Source: Chthonomonadales bacterium (GTDB lineage Bacteria; Armatimonadota; Chthonomonadetes; Chthonomonadales; CAJBBX01). From it: a stretch of 64,000 nt of DNA. The translations under genes were made by a program, and so were the position numbers. The DNA lies in NCBI GenBank assembly GCA_049967475.1, contig JBMFSQ010000011.1:32001-96000 (forward strand). Direction: 5' to 3'. The notes under the pieces are model-generated. The model saw only the letters and a list, made by a program, of their open reading frames with translations, was not told the DNA's origin and ran no database searches. The stretch's first letter is position 1; every line of letters begins with the position of its first letter. This document shows, piece by piece, positions 43,782 to 53,020 of the stretch.

Positions 43782-44076
43782 TTGCGCACAGCACCACATC
43801 ATAACCCTAAGCATACTACTTATAGGATGGTGGTTATTGTACTGCGCCTAATGTGCGCAACGGGCTTTCCTCCCCATAGCCGCCCATGATTGGGACACTC
43901 TGGAGATATCAGCAGTTATCATTTTCCTACGGCAATAGGTGTTCGGGCAGGGAGGAAGCATACCCCCCTTTTTGTGCGCAACCGGTGGGTAGAGCGCAAA
44001 CTGGCAGGCATATCGGGCAGCCTTTTGCCGTTGCGCCCAGGGAATGCACGGGTTATGCACAGAAAGGTGTGCATAA
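43782..44076. other. Candidate chromosomal replication origin (oriC)
   Basis: Non-coding gap downstream of dnaA; boxes at 43782(+), 43852(-), 43973(-), 44053(+), 44068(-); AT-richer trio-like tract at 43798-43824. Confidence 0.75.
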
Positions 44077-44090
44077 GGTCGCCCGGCCGG

Positions 44091-45542
44091 TCATCGTTCC
44101 AGCCGTTCGCGGATGCGGGCCAGATCCTCGCGGAGCTTCGCATCTCTCCGGAGGGCCTCTTCGATCCTGGCGATGCCGCGCTGGACGGTAGTATGGTCTC
44201 TGCCGCCCAGGGCCTCGCCGATGTGCGCGAGGGACGCCCCTATGATCTCGCGGCACAAGAACATCGCCATATGCCGAGCCGAAGCGGTCGCCTCGTCGCG
44301 CCTTCTCCCTCGCAGCACGTCGGTGTTGGTTCCAAAGTGCTGGGCCACGGCAGCGAGGATCGTCTCCATAGAGATGCCCTTGTGCATTCTTCCCGGCACA
44401 GGCTTTTCGATGAGGTAGTCGGCCAGAACGCTTTGGGCTACATCTACGGAGATGGGCGCCCGCATGATGGAAGAGTAGGCGATCAGGCGGGTGAGGGCAC
44501 CTTCCAATGCGCGAATGTTGGAGCAAATGGAGGCAGCTATGAAGTAGATCACTTCGTCGGGGACCTGCCAACCCTCCGAAGCACATCGGGAGCTCAATAT
44601 GGCCATGCGGGTTTCCAATTCCGGAGGCGCAATGTCCGCCGTCAGGCCGCATTCGAAGCGCGAGATAAGGCGGTCGTCCATGGAACGCAGTTCGCGCGGG
44701 CAGCGGTCGCTGGAGATAACGATCTGTCTGCCGGATTGATAGAGGGCGTTGAAGGTGTGAAAGAACTCTTCCCGCGTTTGGGCGGCACCTGCCAGAAACT
44801 GCACGTCGTCTATGAGCCAAACGTCCACATTGCGCGTGTAGCGGCGGAACTCCTCGGCGCGCCGCTCGCGGAGGGCAGACACGTAATGGTACGTGAAGTT
44901 CTCGCCGTCCACATACGCCACGGCCAGGTCGGGATAGGAATGGCGGAGGGCGTGGGCGATCGCCTGGAGGAGGTGCGTCTTGCCCAATCCCGGGCCGCCG
45001 TAGATGAAAAGCGGGTTGTAGACCTGGCCGGGCGAGGCCGCTACCGCCTGGGCTGCGGCTTCTGCAAGCTGGTTGTTCCGGCCCACAACGAAGGTGTCGA
45101 ACGTGTAGCGCTCGCTGAGCGGCAGGGAGATATCCAGGTGAGGCAGCTTCGGGCGGGGACGGGGCTTGTTTTGCTGCTGAGGAGCCGGCGCCGGCGAAGG
45201 AGCCGCGTCATCCTGCAAGAGAGGCGTGCTGTTCTGAAGCCGAGACCGATCTTCAGCACTGAGGACGCGCAGGTGGAGTACTACGGATTGCTCTAGGGCA
45301 GCCTCGAGCGCTGCGGTGATTGCCGTGGCATATCTCTTTTGGAGCCATTCGCGGGCGAACGGGTTTGCTACGCCTAGGACTACGTCTGCAGCGTCCAGGG
45401 ACACAGGAACGATCGGCCGGATGTAGCTTTCGTAGGTAACCTTATTGATGCGCATGGCAAGCGTTTGAAGACATCGCTCCCAGGCGCGCCGCAGCCGTAC
45501 GAGCTGTTCATCGTCGCCGAGTTGCAACTGGTCGCCGGGCAT
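44091..45542 (-). CDS. dnaA: Chromosomal replication initiator DnaA
   Basis: YTFDTFVVG, YNPLFIYGGPGLGKTHL, IDDVQF, SNIRALEGAL, GGRDHTTV. Confidence 0.99.
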   Translation of the reverse strand: MPGDQLQLGDDEQLVRLRRAWERCLQTLAMRINKVTYESYIRPIVPVSLDAADVVLGVANPFAREWLQKRYATAITAALEAALEQSVVLHLRVLSAEDRSRLQNSTPLLQDDAAPSPAPAPQQQNKPRPRPKLPHLDISLPLSERYTFDTFVVGRNNQLAEAAAQAVAASPGQVYNPLFIYGGPGLGKTHLLQAIAHALRHSYPDLAVAYVDGENFTYHYVSALRERRAEEFRRYTRNVDVWLIDDVQFLAGAAQTREEFFHTFNALYQSGRQIVISSDRCPRELRSMDDRLISRFECGLTADIAPPELETRMAILSSRCASEGWQVPDEVIYFIAASICSNIRALEGALTRLIAYSSIMRAPISVDVAQSVLADYLIEKPVPGRMHKGISMETILAAVAQHFGTNTDVLRGRRRDEATASARHMAMFLCREIIGASLAHIGEALGGRDHTTVQRGIARIEEALRRDAKLREDLARIRERLER

Positions 45543-45585
45543 TGAGGGTTACCTCGAAGGGGGTGGTACCGGGTGACGCGGCACC

Positions 45586-45614
45586 ATTATAGCAGACCGC
45601 CTGTGCCGTTACAA
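45586..45614 (-). promoter_or_regulatory. Sigma70 promoter of dnaA
   Basis: TTGTAA-17nt-TATAAT with TG extension. Confidence 0.85.
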
Positions 45615-45632
45615 GGGGTTTTTGCCTCCATG

Positions 45633-45679
45633 GTACAACATGTTGTGGCGCCTAAGTGCGCCATGCCAATATATAGCGT
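45633..45679. promoter_or_regulatory. Tandem NrdR-like boxes
   Basis: Cores CAACATGTTG (45636) and CAATATATAG (45667), 31 bp apart. Confidence 0.7.
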
Positions 45680-45786
45680 TTAGCCGCAAATAAGGGACAG
45701 GGTGTGGCAGCTAATTGGAAAAACCTCCAAGGTTCCAGTCCCGTCCTATGCAGGCTTTCGGCAGGCAGCCGCCTTCGTCCTTGCGC

Positions 45787-45816
45787 TTGACAGGAACGGC
45801 TTCGCCGGGATATAGT
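45787..45816 (+). promoter_or_regulatory. Sigma70 promoter of the LCP operon
   Basis: TTGACA-18nt-TATAGT. Confidence 0.75.
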
Positions 45817-45850
45817 ACGCGCGGAGTAGGCATTCGCCGGGAAGGGTGCA

Positions 45851-47128
45851 TTGAAGACTTCGGCAGAAGGCAAATCAGTGGCGGGCGATGGGAATACTTC
45901 TTCGCGCCGCCGTGTATGGCGTGTCCTTGGTACAGTCGCGGCCGTCCTTGTGTGTACGGGAGCGATGGCGGCGGGAACGCTCTTCGGTCACCTCTATTGG
46001 AACAGCCCCTTCATACGCAACATGGTCAACCGCCATGGCTTCAGCATGGCAGTGGGCACCCTGACGGGGCACACACTGCGCGACTGGGAGCCGGAACAAG
46101 TATTCCCAGGCCGGGACGCCATAAACGTATTGGTGCTGGGCAGTGATCACGATTACGACAACCACGACCGCATCATCAAAACATCCTACGGGCGCAGTGA
46201 TTCCATCCTCGTTGCCCACGTGGATTTTAAGAACAAGACCATCAACGCCCTTACCATTCCCAGGGACTCGGCGGTGCACATCCCCGGCAGACGGGGCATC
46301 CACAAGATCAATGCAGCCCATTCCTACGGCGGACCGGAACTTGCCGCAGAAACGGTCCACTCTGTGTTCGGCATCCCAATTGATGCCTACGTAGACTTGG
46401 ACCTGGAGGGGTTTCAACATATCGTCAACGCCCTCGGCGGGATTGATGTGTACGTAGAGAAGAAGCTGGATTACGACGACAATTGGGGGAACCTGCACAT
46501 TCACCTGAAGCCCGGCTTCCAGCACCTTAACGGGTATCAGGCAATGGGCTACGTCAGGATGCGCCATTCCGATAGTGATGAGATGCGCTCGAAGCGCCAG
46601 CACGAGTTCCTCCAGGCGCTCCGTGAGAAGGTGAAGGATCCGAGGACCTTCTGGAAGGTTCCGGAGGTCATCAAAAAGATCAACGACGATCTGCGCCGGA
46701 ACCTTACCGATGATCAACTTCTGGCTCTGGTAAACTTCGCGCGCAAACTGCCCGCTACGAGCATTCAGATGGCAACGCTGCCTTCCGAAGAAGGACCCGC
46801 CTATGTGACCATCGATTCGCAAAAGAGCGCCGAGGTCATCCAGCGGATGTTCTTCCCCAATCAGCAGGTAGCGCTCAATGTGGATGCCCCCGATCCCAGT
46901 GCTGTGGCGGCGATGAATGCCCCCTACGCGCGGGGTCGCCGGCACGCGCATACCCGCCGCATGCGGCATAGGGCAGTGAGGGAACGCAAGTCTGCCCAGG
47001 CCGGCGCCAAGCCCGTAATCCACGATCTGTCGGTGGAACCCGCTCCGGCGGAGCCGGCTCCAGTGGACACGCCCGGCCAAACGCAGGAGCCTGGCGGCGA
47101 ACCGGCACCCAGCGGGGGAGGCCAATAA
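45851..47128 (+). CDS. LytR-CpsA-Psr (LCP) family protein
   Basis: TM helix, LVLGSD, GRSDSI, IPRD, KINAAH, YVRMRH.DSD..R..RQ. Confidence 0.93.
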   Translation: MKTSAEGKSVAGDGNTSSRRRVWRVLGTVAAVLVCTGAMAAGTLFGHLYWNSPFIRNMVNRHGFSMAVGTLTGHTLRDWEPEQVFPGRDAINVLVLGSDHDYDNHDRIIKTSYGRSDSILVAHVDFKNKTINALTIPRDSAVHIPGRRGIHKINAAHSYGGPELAAETVHSVFGIPIDAYVDLDLEGFQHIVNALGGIDVYVEKKLDYDDNWGNLHIHLKPGFQHLNGYQAMGYVRMRHSDSDEMRSKRQHEFLQALREKVKDPRTFWKVPEVIKKINDDLRRNLTDDQLLALVNFARKLPATSIQMATLPSEEGPAYVTIDSQKSAEVIQRMFFPNQQVALNVDAPDPSAVAAMNAPYARGRRHAHTRRMRHRAVRERKSAQAGAKPVIHDLSVEPAPAEPAPVDTPGQTQEPGGEPAPSGGGQ

Positions 47129-47142
47129 GGAGGGACGCTGGG

Positions 47143-47496
47143 GTGAAGTTAGTACGTTCCGAAGCCGTCGCGTGGAAGCCTGTAGAGCAAGAACAGGCTT
47201 CAGGTTGTTCTATCCGTGAACTTATCACCCACCGCGATGGCGCGCCGACCTTCGCAATGCGGCAATTCGAGGTGCTCCCGGGAGGGCACACTCCCTTGCA
47301 TACGCACCCATGGGAACACGAAGTCTTCATTCTGTCCGGCGTAGGGCAGGTGGAAATGGCTTCGGGTTCCGTGTCTTTCCGATCGGGAGACGCCATCTTC
47401 GTGCCTGCGGGCGAGCTCCACTCCTTCTGCAACACAGGCTCCGACCCCCTCCGCTTCCTGTGCATGATCCCCGTTCAGGAGCCCTGTTGCAAGTAG
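47143..47496 (+). CDS. Cupin domain protein
   Basis: PGGHTPLHTHPWEHEVFILSG, PAGELHSF; RBS GGAGG. Confidence 0.92.
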   Translation: MKLVRSEAVAWKPVEQEQASGCSIRELITHRDGAPTFAMRQFEVLPGGHTPLHTHPWEHEVFILSGVGQVEMASGSVSFRSGDAIFVPAGELHSFCNTGSDPLRFLCMIPVQEPCCK

Positions 47497-47501
47497 CGCC
47501 C

Positions 47502-48110
47502 ATGGAGCTCCCTGGGGGATATCTGCTCGCCGTCCGAACGGATCGCTCCCTCATCGCTCCCCACTGGACACTTGCTCAGGCGGTCGCCCAATCCGTGGGC
47601 GCTGGGGCGAACCTTGTAATAATGGCCGAAGAGGATCTGCCCCGTTCGGCTCGGTTTGTGCTGGCCCGCTTCGTTCGCGATGCCGTCCACGGACGGTGCC
47701 CGTGGATCGTAGTGGGCGACGCACGCCTGGCGGAAGAGGTCGGCGCCGACGGCTGTTGCCTTGATGCCTCCGGCGATGCCTTGGCGGTTGGCGGCAGCCA
47801 CGGGTTGCGCGCAGTGAGGATCACGCGTGCCGAGGAGGCGGCGCTGGCCAAGCACGCCGATTTCGCTATCTTGGAGCTGGATTGGAGCAGCCTAAACTCG
47901 GCCCTGGACGCGGTGGGCCGGATGCGCCGTAGCCTCCCCGGGTTGCCGCTTCTGGCAGGAACCGATCCGCCGCTGGAAGCTGTGCAGGACCTGTGTAACG
48001 TGGGTGCCCAGGGGGTTGTGCTTTGCGCTCAGGCCATGGACGTTCAGCGGCGTGGAGAGGTTGTGGAGGCTTTCGCACACAATTTGCGCGCTTGCGTGCC
48101 CAAGCGTTAA
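47502..48110 (+). CDS. Degenerate thiamine-phosphate synthase (ThiE/TenI)-like barrel
   Basis: GAGANLVIM, LAEEVGADG.CL, PLLAG, GAQGVV resemble the ThiE layout but catalytic motifs are eroded. Confidence 0.55.
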   Translation: MELPGGYLLAVRTDRSLIAPHWTLAQAVAQSVGAGANLVIMAEEDLPRSARFVLARFVRDAVHGRCPWIVVGDARLAEEVGADGCCLDASGDALAVGGSHGLRAVRITRAEEAALAKHADFAILELDWSSLNSALDAVGRMRRSLPGLPLLAGTDPPLEAVQDLCNVGAQGVVLCAQAMDVQRRGEVVEAFAHNLRACVPKR

Positions 48111-48191
48111 GGAGGGGGCGGAAGGAAGAGGAGCAGCGGGACGAGAAACACATTCTGGTTTTTCGTCACACTGCACCGGGAAGGGGTGGAT

Positions 48192-50222
48192 ATGCCTAAG
48201 CGTCCTGTACAATTGGAAGACCTGTTCCGCTTCAAGCTGGCGGGCGACACTCAGATCTCGCCGGACGGCAACCGCATCGTATTTACCGTCAAGCGCACCG
48301 ATGTGGAGAAGAACAAATACTTCACCAGCCTCTGGATGGCCGAAGTGCTTAAGCGCGACGCCCGCCGGTTTACAAGCGACGGGCATTCGGATGCCAACCC
48401 AAGATGGTCGCCGGATGGTCGGAGCATCGCCTTCATCAGCGATCGAGACAAACCCGGGAGCCAGATATACCTTATAGCGGCTGATGGCGGCGAAGCGCAG
48501 AAGCTCACCAATCTCGAAGAGGGATCGGTGCAATCGCTGGCCTGGTCACCGGATGGGTCGCGCATCGCATTCCTTTTCAGAGCCACACCGGAGAACTGGC
48601 GCGAGAAGGCCAAGAAGGAGCGCGAAGAAAAGGAGCTTTCGCCGCCTGTCCGTACCCATTCCAAGCTCTTCTATCGCCTGGACGGCATGGGATATTTCGA
48701 CGGCTCGTTGGCCCAGATATGGGTCGTAACGGTTGCAACGGGCGAAGTCCGGCGTTTGACCGATCTGCCCCATCACCTGGGCGCGCCATCGTGGTCGCCG
48801 GACGGAAGAAAGCTCCTGTTCTCTGCGAACCTCAACGAAGACGACGACCTGATGCCGCTTCTGGACGAACTATGGGTGATCCCTGCAGACGGCGGAAGTC
48901 CCGAGCGCATCGAAGCGCCGGCAGGTCCCAAATGGGGACCCGTCTTCTCTCCTGACGGCGCGTGGATCGCCTATGGGGGGCACACAGACCTGGATGATAC
49001 CTGGGGTGGGAGGAATGACCGGGTTCTGGTGATCCCTGCCGGAGGCGGGGAAGCGCGCGACCTTACAGGCGCCTCGGACTTGGCAGTGGGTTACCTTACG
49101 CTTTCGGACGCGCATGAAGCCGGCGGGGGTGTGCCGATCCAATGGTCCCCCGACAGCGCATACCTCTACTTTCCGGTGAGCGCTAAGGGCGACACGCGCT
49201 TGTACCGTGTGTCTCTAGCGGATGGAGAACTGGAGCCCTTGACCCCAGCCCAACGCGAAATGGGCGCCTTCAGCCTCAACGTAACCGGGGAGCGGGCGGG
49301 GGTACTTCTGGGAAGCGCCGCAGAACTTTACGATGCCTACCTTCTGAACCTGACCCATCCGCCGGAACTGGTTAAGGTGAGCGCCGTCAACCGGGAGCTG
49401 CTGGAGGAAGTGAGCCTCCAACTTCCAGACGAGCTGAACATACCCAACGGCGAGGGAGGAACGGTCCATGCGTGGATGCTTCGCCCTCCGGATTTCGACC
49501 CAAACCGCAAATACCCGCTCGTGCTCTACGTACATGGGGGTCCCGCTCTGCAATACGGAGGAAGGGCAGCACCCTTGCACGAACACCAGTGGCTTGCCGC
49601 TAACGGCTACGTGGTGCTTTTTTCCAATCCCAGGGGCAGTAAGGGATATGGCGAGGCGTACACCATGGCCATCCGGGGCGACTGGGGAAACAAAGACTGG
49701 CACGATATCCAAGCTGTGGCGGACTATGGCGCATCGCTTCCCTATGTAGACCCGGCGCGCATGGCCATCATGGGCGGATCCTACGGCGGATTTATGACTG
49801 CTTGGGCGGTGGGTCACACGGACCGCTTCAGGTGCGCCATTGCAGACAGGCTCGTGGGAAATCTGCACAGCATGAGCGGCACGTGCGACTTTCCATGGAT
49901 CCACGGCAAGGAGTTTGGGGGGAATGCCTGGGATGACCCGTCAGAACTCTGGCGCGCGTCGCCGCTCCATTACGCCGGGTCCATCCAAACTCCCCTGCTT
50001 CTGATCCACTCGGATGGGGATTTGCGCTGCCCAGTGGGCCAAGCGGAGGAGCTCTTCGCAGCCCTTCGCCATCAGCGCAAGGTCGTTGAATTCGTGCGCT
50101 ATCCTTCCAATACGAGCCATGGCCTATCGCGGAATGGGCCGCCCGACATGCGGACGGACCGGCTGCGGCGCAACCTTGCTTGGCTTGATCGGTGGCTGAA
50201 GGACCAGGTTTCCGGCTCGTGA
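48192..50222 (+). CDS. S9 family peptidase with PD40 repeats
   Basis: WSPDG repeats, VHGGP, GGSYGG, D.RCP, SHG catalytic triad. Confidence 0.95.
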   Translation: MPKRPVQLEDLFRFKLAGDTQISPDGNRIVFTVKRTDVEKNKYFTSLWMAEVLKRDARRFTSDGHSDANPRWSPDGRSIAFISDRDKPGSQIYLIAADGGEAQKLTNLEEGSVQSLAWSPDGSRIAFLFRATPENWREKAKKEREEKELSPPVRTHSKLFYRLDGMGYFDGSLAQIWVVTVATGEVRRLTDLPHHLGAPSWSPDGRKLLFSANLNEDDDLMPLLDELWVIPADGGSPERIEAPAGPKWGPVFSPDGAWIAYGGHTDLDDTWGGRNDRVLVIPAGGGEARDLTGASDLAVGYLTLSDAHEAGGGVPIQWSPDSAYLYFPVSAKGDTRLYRVSLADGELEPLTPAQREMGAFSLNVTGERAGVLLGSAAELYDAYLLNLTHPPELVKVSAVNRELLEEVSLQLPDELNIPNGEGGTVHAWMLRPPDFDPNRKYPLVLYVHGGPALQYGGRAAPLHEHQWLAANGYVVLFSNPRGSKGYGEAYTMAIRGDWGNKDWHDIQAVADYGASLPYVDPARMAIMGGSYGGFMTAWAVGHTDRFRCAIADRLVGNLHSMSGTCDFPWIHGKEFGGNAWDDPSELWRASPLHYAGSIQTPLLLIHSDGDLRCPVGQAEELFAALRHQRKVVEFVRYPSNTSHGLSRNGPPDMRTDRLRRNLAWLDRWLKDQVSGS

Positions 50223-50252
50223 TCCGGCGGAAGGGAAGCCGGGGGCGCAGCG

Positions 50253-50522
50253 ATGTTCGTGAAGGTACGCTGCCCACATTGTGGTCAAACGTATTGGCGG
50301 GGGTCGCAGCACCGATGCCCGGCCCAGCAATCCGCCTCTCAGCCGCGTTTACGAAGCCGGCCGAGTTGGGTGGACCCGGACCGCGAAGAGGACTATTGCC
50401 TGCTGCGCCTTTTGGATTTGCTGCTGTGGGTTGGGTGTTGGACCGGCTGCTTCGGGTGCCTCCTGCCGCCGATACTCCTTGTGGGAGTGCTGGCTGCGGC
50501 GTGGGCAGCCTATACCCATTGA
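50253..50522 (+). CDS. Small zinc-finger membrane protein
   Basis: CPHCG..HRC followed by a Cys-rich hydrophobic C-terminus. Confidence 0.55.
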   Translation: MFVKVRCPHCGQTYWRGSQHRCPAQQSASQPRLRSRPSWVDPDREEDYCLLRLLDLLLWVGCWTGCFGCLLPPILLVGVLAAAWAAYTH

Positions 50523-50539
50523 TGAAGTGAGGATTGCAC

Positions 50540-50782
50540 ATGGACACGGAAATTGAGCTGAAGACGAACGAAGAAGTTGCCCGCGAAGGGATCGGCGATC
50601 CGCCTGCCTTCGGGCGATGCCCGGTATGCGGCAAGCCGCTTCGACCTCGGGACCTCATTACCGGGGAACCCAAGGCTCCTGAGCCCGGCCAGGGGAAGTA
50701 CTCACGGGCCATCTGCACCGGCTGCGGGAATATCATCGAATATATCGGCGGGGGTAAGTGGAAGCTGGCAAACCCCAACTAG
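50540..50782 (+). CDS. Small zinc-finger protein
   Basis: CPVCG...CTGCG; GAGG RBS. Confidence 0.65.
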   Translation: MDTEIELKTNEEVAREGIGDPPAFGRCPVCGKPLRPRDLITGEPKAPEPGQGKYSRAICTGCGNIIEYIGGGKWKLANPN

Positions 50783-51621
50783 AGCGGAACGGGCATGCCC
50801 AGGCTTCATCGGCTTCGGCAAGGGCTCCGTCGGTGATAACCACCTTGCGCCGAGCTATTCGCGCAGTGTGGGACCACCTGGGTTTGCTGTGCGGGTTGAG
50901 CTGCACGCTCTTTGCCGTGAGCGCAGCAGGGCTGTCTGCGCTTTCTGCCCTGGCTCGGATGCTGGGACTGAGCCGCCTTTGGGAGGTGGCTGCGGGTGCC
51001 GCATGGATGGCCTTCGTGGCGGTTCCACTCTATGCGGGGATCGCCCAGATCGCCCACCGCATCCTTGCCCACCGGGTGGCTCCTTCAGAACCGCCAACCT
51101 ATGCGGACCTGTGGGTTGCCTTCAGGTCCCTTTGGCTACGGGCGGTTTTCTTGGGTCTGGTGGAGTTCGTCGTGTCGGCTGTGCTGATGGGCAATCTGGT
51201 CTTCTACCTGATCAGGGGCGGCTTTGGTTTTCTGCTGTTGGCAGCCTTCTTCGTATACCTGACGGCCTTTTGGCTTGTGAACATGATGTACCACTGGCCG
51301 CTGCTCATCGCTGCCGAAGAGGGCCTTATCCCCACGGAGAGCCTGCCCGCAGGGCGCCGCAAGGCGCGCGTGTCCGCTGCTCTGCGCAACAGCCTGCTTC
51401 TGGCGGCGGGGGCGCCCCTGCGTGGCTTTGGCGTATGCGCGTTCTTAGCAGCCACGGGGTTGGCGCTGGCTGCCTCGGGCATAGGGCTTGTATTTCTGCT
51501 GCCCGGATATTCGGCTGTATTGGCAGCCCAGGCTACCTGGGACGAGCTCGTTCGAATGGGTGTCGTGGAAGCGCCGCCCGATCCCGAGGCTCCGCCGACG
51601 GATCCCGGGATGCGGCTGTAA
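50758..51621 (+). CDS. Multi-pass membrane protein (DUF624-like)
   Basis: 5-6 hydrophobic helices, YHWPLL, ALRNSLLL; start uncertain. Confidence 0.7.
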   Translation: MEAGKPQLERNGHAQASSASARAPSVITTLRRAIRAVWDHLGLLCGLSCTLFAVSAAGLSALSALARMLGLSRLWEVAAGAAWMAFVAVPLYAGIAQIAHRILAHRVAPSEPPTYADLWVAFRSLWLRAVFLGLVEFVVSAVLMGNLVFYLIRGGFGFLLLAAFFVYLTAFWLVNMMYHWPLLIAAEEGLIPTESLPAGRRKARVSAALRNSLLLAAGAPLRGFGVCAFLAATGLALAASGIGLVFLLPGYSAVLAAQATWDELVRMGVVEAPPDPEAPPTDPGMRL

Positions 51622-51647
51622 CGCTGGGAAAGGAAAGGATCATCAGA

Positions 51648-52406
51648 ATGGCTAGGATTATTGATCTTGCCGGCAAGACTGCCCTGGTTACCGGCGCCGG
51701 TCATGGCATTGGGGCTTCCATCGCGAGAACTATGGCGGCCGCGGGTGCCAAAACCGTGGTTAACTACCGCCGAAGCGCCGACAAAGCAGAAGCCGTGGCA
51801 GCCTCCATCCGTGCTGCTGGAGGAGAGGCCGTTGCTCTCCAGGCCGACGTTACGGACCGCGACCAGGTTGAGCGCATGCGCCAGGAGATCCTCAAGATCT
51901 ATGGGCCCGTAGACATCCTAGTGAACAACGCCTTGGATCAGCGGGAATGGAAGCCCTTCCTTGAGCTTCCTTGGGAGGTTTTCCAAAGCCAGGTGGATGG
52001 TTGCCTGAAGGCAATCTGCAATACCGGCTGGGCCTTCATTCCGGATATGCAGGAGAGGCGATGGGGACGCATCATCAACATCTCCACGGTATGCTTCATC
52101 GAGAACCTGCCTGGCGAGAGCGCCTACAATTCGGGAAAGGGCGCCATGTATTCATGGAGCCGCACCGTTTGCCGCGAAGTGGCCCCGTACAACATCACGG
52201 TGAACCAAGTGGCTCCCGGTTGGATGCGTACAGAGAAGGTGGATCCGAACTCCGAAGGAGCCCGCCGCTATGCCGAACAGGTTCCCATGAAACGCCAAGG
52301 GGATGCCGACGAGATTGCTAAGGCATGCCTCTTTTTCGCCAGCGACTTGGCCGATTTCATTACGGGAGCCTTCCTGCCTGTGTGCGGCGGGCTCTTTTTG
52401 TGGTGA
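51648..52406 (+). CDS. Short-chain dehydrogenase/reductase (FabG-like)
   Basis: TGAGHGIG, ILVNNA, YNSGK, VNQVAPG. Confidence 0.93.
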   Translation: MARIIDLAGKTALVTGAGHGIGASIARTMAAAGAKTVVNYRRSADKAEAVAASIRAAGGEAVALQADVTDRDQVERMRQEILKIYGPVDILVNNALDQREWKPFLELPWEVFQSQVDGCLKAICNTGWAFIPDMQERRWGRIINISTVCFIENLPGESAYNSGKGAMYSWSRTVCREVAPYNITVNQVAPGWMRTEKVDPNSEGARRYAEQVPMKRQGDADEIAKACLFFASDLADFITGAFLPVCGGLFLW

Positions 52407-52474
52407 CCAGGACGCAAGGGTTCCTCGGCCCCAGGAGAACCGTTCGGCCCTATGGGACCGGGGCAGTTGCAATG

Positions 52475-53020
52475 CTACATATGGAAGCGGGCCAGAAGCG
52501 TCACCAGGGTGTCTCGTTCGGTAAAGTGCACGTTCAACTCGGCCCCGAGGCGATTGCTGAGATCTGTACCCAAGATGAGCTTGCCGTCGAATTTGGCTGG
52601 TCCGCCGAGAACCGCACCGACGCCGCCGCCGAAGTACACGTCTCGGAGGCCCATGCCGCCTCCTGTGTACGTGAGCAAATCTACGGTTACGGGCACGATG
52701 GTGTCTATGCCGCCGAAGTTTGCCTTGATGATCACGTCGCCATCCAGACGGGCGTGCCAGTTGTTGGTTGTGGTGAGGGAGGGAATGGATAGATCCAGCC
52801 CTACGAGGGCGGCACCTCGGGGCGAAAGCATGGCTCCGCCCCTCAGGGACGCATTGCTGAAGGGGCTCTCGGCTGAACGGCGCGCGCCGCCCATCGCATA
52901 GGAGCCACTCACGAGGCGTGCCAATTGAACATTGCCTTGTGGAGAGGGCGTTTGGGCCCGCGCTGCTACGGGCACCACAAGCGCGGCAGCTACTGCAAGG
53001 CGTGCAACAAATCGGACCAT
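52475..53020 (-). CDS. Exported protein, probable small outer-membrane beta-barrel
   Basis: Signal peptide; amphipathic strands incl. VYFGGGVG; terminal LLARFHM; RBS AAGGAG. Confidence 0.6.
   Translation of the reverse strand: MVRFVARLAVAAALVVPVAARAQTPSPQGNVQLARLVSGSYAMGGARRSAESPFSNASLRGGAMLSPRGAALVGLDLSIPSLTTTNNWHARLDGDVIIKANFGGIDTIVPVTVDLLTYTGGGMGLRDVYFGGGVGAVLGGPAKFDGKLILGTDLSNRLGAELNVHFTERDTLVTLLARFHM

Noticed and set aside
50577..52406. 609-aa SDR fusion in the ORF track (likewise the extended LarC and Gfo/Idh/MocA ORFs)
   Set aside because: Upstream extensions overlap other genes; family motifs begin at the downstream ATGs
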